A stretch of 64,000 nucleotides of DNA from Anaeromyxobacter sp. (GTDB lineage Bacteria; Myxococcota; Myxococcia; Myxococcales; Anaeromyxobacteraceae). Each line of letters starts with the position of its first letter. Positions within the stretch are counted from its first letter, which is position 1. The notes below the pieces were generated by a model, which had not been told where the DNA came from, searched no databases, and saw nothing but the letters and a program-made list of their open reading frames with translations. The stretch spans positions 640,001-704,000 of the forward strand of contig JASGJN010000013.1 in assembly GCA_049840735.1 (NCBI GenBank), in the 5' to 3' direction. This document shows, one piece after another, positions 34,162 to 42,485 of the stretch. The position numbers and the translations under genes were made by a program.

Positions 34162-35004
34162 TCAGTACTTCTCGGGCACGTACTTGAACGGATAGCTCGG
34201 CGACCGGTACTTCGAGTGCGCCTTCCGCTTCGGCAGCTCCACCTTCTTCATCTTCCTGGTCACGTCCTTGTACGGGACGCTGGCGAGGAGGTGGCTGATG
34301 CAGTTGAGCCGGGCGCGCCGCTTGTCGTCGGAGCGGATCACGCGCCAGGGCGCGAAGTCGGTGTCGGTGGCGGCGAACATCTCGTCCCGGGCGCGGGTGT
34401 ACTCGTGCCACCTGCCGTAGGAGGCGAGGTCCATGGGGGAGAGCTTCCAGAGCTTCCGCCCGTCCTCGATGCGCCCCTGCAGCCGGCGCGTCTGCTCGTC
34501 CATCGAGACCTCCAGCCAGTACTTGAGCAGGATGATCCCGGAGTTGATCATGGCCTTCTCCACCAGCGGGACGCCCTTCAGGAAGGCCCGCGACTGCTCC
34601 TCGGTGCAGAAGCCCATCACCCGCTCGACGCCGGCGCGGTTGTACCAGCTGCGATTGAAGATCACGATCTCGCCCGCCGCCGGCAGGTGCGCCAGGTAGC
34701 GCTGCGCGTACATCTGCGACTTCTCGCGCTCGCTCGGCGCCGGCAGCGCCACCACGCGGAAGACGCGCGGGCTGACGCGCTCGGTCAGCGCCTTGATCAC
34801 GCCGCCCTTGCCGGCGCCGTCGCGCCCCTCGAACACCACCACCACCTTGAGCCCGGAGTGCTTGGCCCACTCCTGGAGCTTCACCAGCTCGACGTGGAGC
34901 TTCTTGAGCTCCTTCAGGTAGGCCTTGTTCTTGAGCGGCCTGGCGGCGTCCTTGGTCTTCCCGCCGTCCTTGCCCTGCTTCCCGTGCTTGCCGTCCTTGC
35001 TCAT
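34162..35004 (-). CDS. ppk2: Polyphosphate kinase 2
   Basis: FEGRDGAGKGG, QRY..LPAAGEIVIF(N)RSWYNRAGVERVMGFC, WKLSPMD, DDKRRARLN. Confidence 0.94.
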   Translation of the reverse strand: MSKDGKHGKQGKDGGKTKDAARPLKNKAYLKELKKLHVELVKLQEWAKHSGLKVVVVFEGRDGAGKGGVIKALTERVSPRVFRVVALPAPSEREKSQMYAQRYLAHLPAAGEIVIFNRSWYNRAGVERVMGFCTEEQSRAFLKGVPLVEKAMINSGIILLKYWLEVSMDEQTRRLQGRIEDGRKLWKLSPMDLASYGRWHEYTRARDEMFAATDTDFAPWRVIRSDDKRRARLNCISHLLASVPYKDVTRKMKKVELPKRKAHSKYRSPSYPFKYVPEKY

Positions 35005-35150
35005 GGTCGCGGTCCCCTCTGGTGGAGAACGACTCCGGTGGCGACCCGACCATAGCGCCGGCGGAGAGATGGGGCCCTGGGGCGAAGGTCGTATTACGGC
35101 GCCGTGCTCGAGGGGGCTAGCGTGGCGGTTGACCCGAACGGAGGTCGCCC

Positions 35151-36848
35151 ATGACCACCCCACGCACGGCCCTCGTGCCAGCGCTGGACTGGCTCCGCAG
35201 CTACGAGCGCCCCTGGCTCCGGGCCGACGTGGTGGCGGGGCTGACCGCCGCCGCCATCGTCATCCCCAAGGCGATGGCCTACGCCACCATCGCCGGCCTG
35301 CCGCCGCAGGTGGGCCTCTACACCGCCTTCCTGCCCATGGTGGTCTACGCGCTGCTCGGCACCTCGCGCGTCCTCTCCACCTCCTCCACCACCACCCTGG
35401 CCATCCTCTCCGCCGCGGCGCTGGGCGACGCCGTCGCCGCCCAGCCCGGGCTCCCGCTGGCCACCGCGACGGCCACGCTGGCGGCGCTGGTGGGCGCCAT
35501 CCTGCTCGCGGCCCGGCTGCTCCGGCTGGGCTTCGTGGCCAACTTCATCTCCGACCCGGTGTTGACCGGCTTCAAGGCCGGCATCGGGCTGGTGATCGTG
35601 GTGGACCAGGTGCCCAAGCTGCTCGGGCTCCACCTGCACAAGGCCGGGTTCTTCCGCGACCTGCTCTCGCTGGGCCTGCACCTCCCCGAGACGCACCTGG
35701 CCACGCTGCTGGTCGCCGCCGGCACCTTCGCGGTGATCATCGCGCTGGAGAGGCTGGTGCCCCGGGCGCCGGCGCCGCTGGCGGCGGTGGCGGCCGGGAT
35801 CGTGGCCTCGGCCGCGCTGGGGCTCGCGGCCCGCGGCGTGGGCGTGGTGGGCGAGATCCCCGGCGGCCTCCCGCGCCTCTCCCTGCCCGACCTCCCGCTG
35901 GTGCTGCGCCTCTGGCCCGCCGCGGCCGGCATCGCGCTCATGAGCTTCACCGAGACCATCGCCGCGGCGCGCGCCTTCGCCGCGCGCGAGGACCCGCGCC
36001 CGGACGCCAACCAGGAGCTGGTGGCCATCGGCGCCGCCAACCTGGTGGGCGGGCTGTTCGGCGCCATGCCCGGCGGCGGCGGCACCTCGCAGACCGCCGT
36101 CAACGCCAGCGCCGGCGCGCGCACGCAGGCGGCGCAGCTGGTCACCGCCGCCACCTCGCTGGCCACCCTGCTCTTCCTGGCGCCGGTGATGGGCGCGCTC
36201 CCCAGCGCCACGCTGGCGGCGGTGGTGATCGCCTACTCGGTGGGGCTCGTCCAGCCGGGCGACTTCGCCGCCATCCGGCGCATCCGCACCATGGAGTTCC
36301 GCTGGGCGCTGGCCGCCTGCGCCGGCGTGGTGCTGCTGGGCACGCTGCAGGGCATCCTGGCCGCGGTGGTGCTCTCCATGGGCAGCCTGCTCTACCTGGC
36401 CTCCAACCCGTCGGTGCGGCGGCTGGTGCGCAAGCCCGGCACCGCCGTCTTCCGCCCGGAGAGCACCGAGCACCCCGAGGACGAGCGCTTCCCCGGGCTG
36501 CTCCTGGCCCGGCCCGAGGGGCGGCTCTACTTCGGCAACGCCGCCGCCGTCTCGGAGCGGCTGCGCGAGCTGGTCGGCCCCGCGCTGCCCCGGGTGCTGC
36601 TGCTCGACTGCAGCGCCGTCCCGGGCCTGGAGTACACCGCGCTGCAGATGCTGGTGGCGGCGGAGCAGCGGCTCTCCGAGCAGGGCTGCCAGCTCTGGCT
36701 GGCGGCGCTCAACCCGGAGGCCTTGAAGCTGGTCCGGCGCACGCCGCTGGGCGAGCGGCTGGGCCGGGAGCGGATGTTCTTCACCGTGCAGGACGCCGTG
36801 GTCGCCTACCAGGCGCGCGGCCTCGAACAGGATCGGAGCAACGCATGA
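35151..36848 (+). CDS. SulP-family anion transporter with STAS domain
   Basis: DVVAGLT..IPKAMAYA..GLY, NQELVAIGAAN, LYFGNA, LLLDCSAV. Confidence 0.93.
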   Translation: MTTPRTALVPALDWLRSYERPWLRADVVAGLTAAAIVIPKAMAYATIAGLPPQVGLYTAFLPMVVYALLGTSRVLSTSSTTTLAILSAAALGDAVAAQPGLPLATATATLAALVGAILLAARLLRLGFVANFISDPVLTGFKAGIGLVIVVDQVPKLLGLHLHKAGFFRDLLSLGLHLPETHLATLLVAAGTFAVIIALERLVPRAPAPLAAVAAGIVASAALGLAARGVGVVGEIPGGLPRLSLPDLPLVLRLWPAAAGIALMSFTETIAAARAFAAREDPRPDANQELVAIGAANLVGGLFGAMPGGGGTSQTAVNASAGARTQAAQLVTAATSLATLLFLAPVMGALPSATLAAVVIAYSVGLVQPGDFAAIRRIRTMEFRWALAACAGVVLLGTLQGILAAVVLSMGSLLYLASNPSVRRLVRKPGTAVFRPESTEHPEDERFPGLLLARPEGRLYFGNAAAVSERLRELVGPALPRVLLLDCSAVPGLEYTALQMLVAAEQRLSEQGCQLWLAALNPEALKLVRRTPLGERLGRERMFFTVQDAVVAYQARGLEQDRSNA

Positions 36849-37537
36849 GCCCGCAGCCAGCCCAGGTCCGGCAGCCCATCTCCATGGAGGCGCTCGACGC
36901 CGCCGAGCCGGTGCTCGATCCGGTCGAGCGGGTCTCCGAGACCTGCTTCGGCCTCATCATGGCGCTCACCTTCGTCGGCTCGATCGTGGCCGCGGAGGGC
37001 GAGGACGCCAGCCCGCACACCATCTTCGTGGCCGCGCTGGGGTGCAACCTGGCCTGGGGGCTTGTGGACGGGGTGATGTACCTGGTCCACACCCTGGCCC
37101 GCCGCGGCGCCCGCCACGCGCTGGCCCGCGCCGTCCACGCCGACCCCGGGCCGGCCGCCCTGCCGCTGCTCCGCGCCGCGCTCCCGGCCGGCCTCTCCCC
37201 GGCCGTCGGCGACGACGCGCTGGCCGCCATCGCCGCGCGCATGGCGGCCTCGCCGGACGTGGTGCGCCGGCCGGTGCTGCGCGGGAAGGACTGGCTGGCC
37301 TCGCTCCTCATCCTGGCGGTGGTGACGGTGGCCACCTTCCCGGTGGTGCTCCCCTTCGTGCTCTTCCAGGACCTGCAGCTGGGGCTCCTGGTGTCGCGCG
37401 TGCTCACGCTGGCCATGCTGCTGGCCGGCGGCGCGGTGATCGGCCGGCAGTCCGGCTTCGGCGCCTGGCGCGCCGGGTTCCTGATGGTGGCGGTGGGGGT
37501 GGCGCTGACGGCCATCGTGGTGGCGCTGGGCGGCTGA
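36845..37537 (+). CDS. Membrane protein, VIT-like
   Basis: VLDPVERVSETCFGLIMALT..GCNLAWGLVDGVMY, about five TM segments; ATGA overlap with sulP. Confidence 0.7.
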   Translation: MSPQPAQVRQPISMEALDAAEPVLDPVERVSETCFGLIMALTFVGSIVAAEGEDASPHTIFVAALGCNLAWGLVDGVMYLVHTLARRGARHALARAVHADPGPAALPLLRAALPAGLSPAVGDDALAAIAARMAASPDVVRRPVLRGKDWLASLLILAVVTVATFPVVLPFVLFQDLQLGLLVSRVLTLAMLLAGGAVIGRQSGFGAWRAGFLMVAVGVALTAIVVALGG

Positions 37538-37559
37538 GCGGGTCGAGCGGTGGGGGGAA

Positions 37560-37597
37560 GGTCCGCGGCGCGGACCCCACCGGTCGCGGCGCGGACC
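37560..37597. promoter_or_regulatory. Tandem palindromic sites, putative enhancer-binding-protein UAS of T3SS operon 1
   Basis: GGTCCGC-GGC-GCGGACC (37560-37576) and cGgtCGC-GGC-GCGGACC (37581-37597); same motif and spacing at 47219-47256. Confidence 0.75.
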
Positions 37598-37649
37598 ATG
37601 GGCGGGGGGACGCGGCGCGCAAGTGCGCGTCCGGACGCGAGCTGCTGCG

Positions 37650-37665
37650 CGGCACGCCGGTTGCT
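37650..37665 (+). promoter_or_regulatory. Sigma54 (-24/-12) promoter of T3SS operon 1
   Basis: CGGCACG-CCGG-TTGCT matches TGGCACG-N4-TTGCW with correct GG-N10-GC spacing. Confidence 0.8.
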
Positions 37666-37677
37666 CAACCGGCCGCC

Positions 37678-38133
37678 ATGACCACTCCCCTCACCGCCCT
37701 CCCCTCCGTCCATGTCTCCCCCACCAGCGAGCAGCGCGCCCAGCCGGGCCGCTTCGAGGAGGCCCTGCGCGGCGCCGCCTCCGGGTTCGTCTCCGGCGCG
37801 GCGGCCGGCCTGCAGCTGGCGGCCCCCTACGTCCCCGGCGGCACGGTGCTCTCGGCGGCCGTCCGGGGCGCCACCTCGGCGGCCAGCTCGGCCGCAGCGG
37901 CCGCGGCCTCCGGGGCCGCGTCCGGCGCCGCCGCCGGCGCGGCCAGCTCCGGCAGCGAGGGCGACCTGCTCGAGGCCACGCGCGCGCTGCAGCAGCAGTC
38001 GCAGTCCTTCAACCTGCAGTACCTGCAGCTGCAGGAGGGCATGCAGCGGGAGAGCCGGGAGTTCGCGGCGCTCTCCAACGTCATGAAGGTGAAGCACGAC
38101 ACCGCCCGGTCCACCATCCAGAACATCCACTGA
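37678..38133 (+). CDS. T3SS-associated protein with needle-subunit (SctF)-like C-terminus
   Basis: [37 protein letters not shown] resembles SctF C-terminal helices; first gene before rod-like and sctJ genes. Confidence 0.6.
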   Translation: MTTPLTALPSVHVSPTSEQRAQPGRFEEALRGAASGFVSGAAAGLQLAAPYVPGGTVLSAAVRGATSAASSAAAAAASGAASGAAAGAASSGSEGDLLEATRALQQQSQSFNLQYLQLQEGMQRESREFAALSNVMKVKHDTARSTIQNIH

Positions 38134-38149
38134 GCCGGCCGAGACGGAG

Positions 38150-38497
38150 GTGACCGTGACGCCCATCCTTCCTGCCGGCGCCTCGCCGGCGCTCGCCCCA
38201 ACCCCGGCCCCCACCGCGCGCGGCCGGTTCGCCGCCCTGCTGGAGGGGACGCTCCCCGCCGTCGCCCCGCGCACCGTCCAGCCCCCCGGCAAGGCGCTGC
38301 TGCACGCCGTGGAGCGGGCCCAGGCCCGGCTCGACGGCGTGCTCGCGGCCTCCCGCGCCGGCCGCACCTTCACCGCGCAGGAGCTGCTGGGCCTGCAGTC
38401 CGAGGCCTACCGCGCCGCGCAGACCGTCGACCTGGCCGCGCGGCTGGTGGAGCAGGGCGCCCAGTCGGTGAAGCAGGCGCTCAACACGCAGGTGTGA
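38150..38497 (+). CDS. T3SS inner-rod (SctI)-like protein
   Basis: QELLGLQSEAYRAAQTVDLAARLVEQGAQSVKQALNTQV resembles the SctI/PrgJ C-terminus; directly upstream of sctJ. Confidence 0.65.
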   Translation: MTVTPILPAGASPALAPTPAPTARGRFAALLEGTLPAVAPRTVQPPGKALLHAVERAQARLDGVLAASRAGRTFTAQELLGLQSEAYRAAQTVDLAARLVEQGAQSVKQALNTQV

Positions 38498-38505
38498 GGG
38501 TGCGC

Positions 38506-39234
38506 ATGCCCACCGTCTCGCGCGCGGGCGGCCTGGCGCTGGCGCTGGCCGGCCTGGCCGGCTGCGGCCGCTCCGAGCTCTTGCACGGCCTCGACGAGCG
38601 CCAGGCCAACGAGGTGCTGGTGGCGCTGGGCGAGGCGGGAGTCGCCGGCGAGAAGGTCCGCGACGCCGGCGCGGAGGGGACCTGGCAGATTGAGGTCCCG
38701 GCCGGCCAGGCGGCGCCGGCGCAGCGGCTCCTCTCCGAGCGCGCCCTGCCGCGCCCGCGCCCGCCCGGGCTGGGCGAGGTCTTCGGCGCCGGCTCGCTGG
38801 TCCCCACCGCGGTGGAGGAGCAGGCCCGCTACGCCCACGCGCTCTCCGGCGAGCTGGCCCGCTCGCTGGAGGGGCTGGACGGCGTGGTCGGGGCGCGGGT
38901 CCACCTGGCGCTGCCCGGGCCCGACCGGCTGGGGCTCGCGGACCGCCCGCGCGCCCGCGCCGCGGTCCTGCTCCGCTGCCGCCCCGGCGCCTGCGCTGCG
39001 CTGCGCGGGCTCGACCCCGGGCTGCGGGCGCTGGTCGCGGGCGCCGCGCAGGGGCTGGACCCGGCGGACGTGGCGGTGGTGCTGGCGCCGGCCGCCGAGG
39101 CGCCCGCGCCTCCGGTCCAGGGCTCCACCCCGGCGGCGCGCTACCTGGCGCTGGCCGCTGCGGCTGCGCTGGGGGCCGCCGCAGCGCTGGGCGCGGGGTT
39201 CGCGGCGCGGCTGCGGCGCAGGCCGCGCGCGTGA
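38506..39234 (+). CDS. sctJ: T3SS inner-membrane ring lipoprotein
   Basis: LAGC lipobox, LLHGLDERQANEVLVAL, SLVPTAVEEQARY..GELARSL..GVVGARVHLALP, C-terminal TM and basic tail. Confidence 0.9.
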   Translation: MPTVSRAGGLALALAGLAGCGRSELLHGLDERQANEVLVALGEAGVAGEKVRDAGAEGTWQIEVPAGQAAPAQRLLSERALPRPRPPGLGEVFGAGSLVPTAVEEQARYAHALSGELARSLEGLDGVVGARVHLALPGPDRLGLADRPRARAAVLLRCRPGACAALRGLDPGLRALVAGAAQGLDPADVAVVLAPAAEAPAPPVQGSTPAARYLALAAAAALGAAAALGAGFAARLRRRPRA

Positions 39235-39536
39235 GCCCGGAGGACCGGCGCCTGGCCGCGCTGCTGGCGGCGCTGCTCCCCGCGCGCGCCGCGGCCGTGC
39301 TCGCCCGCGGCCCCGGCGCGGCCGCGCAGGAGGCGGCGCGGCTGGCCGGGCTCCCGCGCCAGGACCGGCTCGCGGCGCTGGAGCGCGCGCTGGAGCGGGA
39401 GGGCGCCGCCGATCCCGCCGCGACCGCGGCGCTGGAGCGCCCGCGGATGGCCGCCGCGCTGGCGGAGCTGGCGCGCGGCGGCGGGGCGGAGCTGCCTCCG
39501 GTGCTGGTGCGGCTGCTGCGCGAGCGGCTGGGGTGA
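39231..39536 (+). CDS. Small T3SS-associated protein at the SctK position
   Basis: GTGA overlap with sctJ; helical 101 aa; assigned by position only. Confidence 0.5.
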   Translation: MSPEDRRLAALLAALLPARAAAVLARGPGAAAQEAARLAGLPRQDRLAALERALEREGAADPAATAALERPRMAAALAELARGGGAELPPVLVRLLRERLG

Positions 39537-39697
39537 CGGGACGCGGGCGGGCCGGGTCCCGGGCCACGCCGTTCAAGGCGCCGCACCCGCCGGCCCTCCC
39601 CGCGCGCGCGGGTCTGCGCGGTTCCGCGCAACCACTTCACTCGCCGCGCGACCTGGCCGGTGAGGTAGTCTGCCCCCGCACCGCCCCGGGGCCCGCC

Positions 39698-41985
39698 ATG
39701 ATCCGCCAGTTTGCTCTCCACTCCGATGCCCTCCCCCCCCAGGCACGCGTTCGCGCCCTGAGAGGCCGGGAGCGGCTCTCCCAACCGTACGCCTTCGACG
39801 TGTTCCTCGAGCTGGACTCGGCCGCCGCCGACCTGGGCGCCGCGGTCGGGCAGCCAGCGACGCTGCGCCTCAACGGTCCGCTCGGGGAGCCCCGGGACGC
39901 CATCCACGGGATTCCTCTCGTCCATCGAGCTGCTGGACACCCGGTCCGACCACGAGCTGTGCCGCGCCGTCCTCGTGCCCCGGCTCTGGTGGCTCGCCCA
40001 GAACCGGCACAGCCGCGTCTTCGTGGGGGACTCCGTCCCGGCGATCATCAATCAGGTGCTGCGCAAGGCTGGCTGGACCCCCGACGACTACCGGCTGGCC
40101 CTGGCCGGTCGACCGGGAAAGGGTTACTGCCCGCTCGAGCACGTGTGCCAGTACCGCGAGAGCGACCTCGACTTCCTCTCGAGGTGGATGGAGCGGGAGG
40201 GCATCTACTACTACTTCGAGCAGGCCGACGCCCACGAGAAGCTGGTGATCGTGGACGCGGCGGAGGACCACCGCGAGCGGACGGCGGGCGCCCACCGCTT
40301 CGTCCCCCGCACCAGCGGCGAGGCCAACCGCGTCGAAGGCTTCCGCACCTTCCGCTTCGCCGCCCAGGCGCAGCCCGCCGGCGTGCGGCTGGCCGACTAC
40401 AACTACCTCAACCCTGACCTGCCCGTGCGCCACGAGGAGCGGCGCGGCGAGGGACCGCTGGTGTCGCTCTTCGGCGAGAACATCCCCTCGCCCGACGAGG
40501 CCCAGTGGCTCACCCAGATCCGGACCCAGGAGCTCCGGGCACGGCAGGTGCTCTATCGCGGGACGGGCTGCGTCCACGGCATCCATCCGGCCAGCAGCTT
40601 CTCGCTGGAGGAGCACCCGCGCTTCGACAAGGAGCTGCTCGCCGTCGAGGTGCTCCACCGCGGCACCGATCTCCGAGGGGGCGGCGTGGGGGCGGGAGGC
40701 CATCGAGGAGGCGGCGGGCGAGCCGCTGCCGGATGGCTACGAGGCGGAGGTGGTGGCCATCCCCGCCACCGTCCAGTACCGGCCTCCCCGGCTGGCCCCG
40801 ACGCCGCGCATCACCGGCCTCGAGACGGCGGTGATCGACGGGGAGGCCGACGAGCGCTACGCGCAGCTCGACGAGCACGGGCGGTACGCCGTCCGGATCC
40901 GCTTCGACGAGAGCGATCTCGGCCCCGGCCAGGCCTCCACCCGCGTCCGCATGCTGCAGCCGCACGGGGGCAGCCAGGAAGGCTTCCACTTCCCGCTGCG
41001 CAAGGGGACCGAGGTGATGCTCGCCTTCGTGGGCGGAGACCCGGACCGCCCGGTCATCGTGGGCGTGGGCCCGAACGCCCACAAGCCCAGCCCGGTCACC
41101 CGCAAGAACGCCACGCAGAACGTGATCGTGACGGGCGGCCTCAACGCCCTGGTGATGGAGGACACCCAGGGCGCAGAGTACGTGCGCAGCGAGTCGCCCG
41201 CCAGCCGGAGCTTCCTGCACCTGGGCGCGCCCGAGAAGGCCCTGGGCAAGAACCTGGTGCTCTCGACCGACGGGACGGGGCTGGTGCACACCGGCAGCGA
41301 CCTCACCGTCGAGACCCTCGGCGCCCGCGCCGACGACGTGACCGGCGACCTGACCGAGACCTACCGCGCCGCGCAGCAGACGACCGTGCACGGCGCGCGC
41401 GAGGACACGGTCAAGGGGAAGGTGACCGAGCGCTTCGAGGCCGGACACGAGCACAAGGTCCTGGGCGGCGGCGTGGTCCGCGAGGTCACCGGGGGCGAGA
41501 CCGAGAAGGTGGTCGGTGCGCGCACCCAGACCATCGAGGGCGCCGTCGACCAGACCATCAAGGGTGCGCAGACGCTCACGCACGATGGCCCGATCACCCA
41601 GACCGTGAAGGGCGGGGTCACCCAGACCGTCAACCCCGGGAACGTGGCCATCAACGTGCCCGCCGGGACCTTCAAGGTCGACGCCAGCGGCGAGGTGCTG
41701 CTCACCTCCAAGACCAGCGCCCAGTTCTCCGCGCCAGAGGCGAAGCACATCTGGCCGAAGCTGGTGAGCCTGACCTGGACCAAGTACGCGGTGACGGCGC
41801 ACGCGGCCACCGTCGCGAGCCTCGTCACGAACCTCCACGGCACCAAGATGGACTTCAACCTCCTCAAGGTCGACCAGTCGGCGGGCGTGGTCCAGAACAC
41901 GCCGGCCAAGTTCGAGAACGTGGGCCAGGCGCTCGGCTTCGGAGCCTTCGCCATCAAGTACTACGCGCTCACCATCCTGGGCTGA
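39698..41985 (+). CDS. vgrG: Type VI secretion spike protein VgrG (two apparent +1 frameshifts at about 39912 and 40667)
   Basis: GRERLSQPYAF, LVPRLWWL..SRVF, QYRESDLDFLSRWMEREGIYYYF, DYNY..P, DEHGRYAVR, GFHFPLRKGTEV..FVGGDPDRPVI, beta-repeat spike; 761 aa reconstructed. Confidence 0.92.
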
Positions 41986-42007
41986 TCTCCCCACCGCCGG
42001 AGCCCCC

Positions 42008-42475
42008 ATGCTGATGCCAGAGCTCATCCGCTTCCTCTGGGCGTTCATCCTCGCCTGCGTTGCGCTCATGATCTTCCCCTTCTCGGACACCGGCATCCTG
42101 GCGGGCTTCCCCCGCCTGCTCCGCGTGGCCCAGTCGCTGCGCTGGGTGTTCCCGATCCTCTCGGTGATCCTCTTCGTGGTGGCGGGGCGCCTGGATGGGC
42201 GGCGCACGGACCGCCTGCTGGCGAGCGGGCGCAGCGCGCCGGCCACCGTGCTCGAGGTTCGCGATCGCGGCATCTCGATCGGCGAGAGCCCGGTGCTGAC
42301 GGTGAAGCTGCGGGTGATGCCGGAGGGCGCGGCGCCGTTCGAGGCGGAGGTCGCCTTCGTCCCCTCCCGCGTCACCATGGGGATTGTCCAGGCCGGCGCC
42401 GCGGCGACGGTGCGCTATGACCCCGCCGACCCCGGCACCATCGCCGTGGAGAGCGTGATGGTGTCGTCCCACTGA
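42008..42475 (+). CDS. Two-TM membrane protein with C-terminal beta domain (DUF3592-like)
   Basis: Two hydrophobic helices, then LLASGRSAPATVLEV..VRYDPADP. Confidence 0.65.
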   Translation: MLMPELIRFLWAFILACVALMIFPFSDTGILAGFPRLLRVAQSLRWVFPILSVILFVVAGRLDGRRTDRLLASGRSAPATVLEVRDRGISIGESPVLTVKLRVMPEGAAPFEAEVAFVPSRVTMGIVQAGAAATVRYDPADPGTIAVESVMVSSH

Positions 42476-42485
42476 CCGCCCGGCC

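Noticed and set aside
39537..39697. Dedicated promoter or terminator before vgrG
   Set aside because: Only an isolated TAGTCT hexamer (39666) with no convincing -35, and no hairpin with a U tract. Read-through from operon 1 is unresolved.
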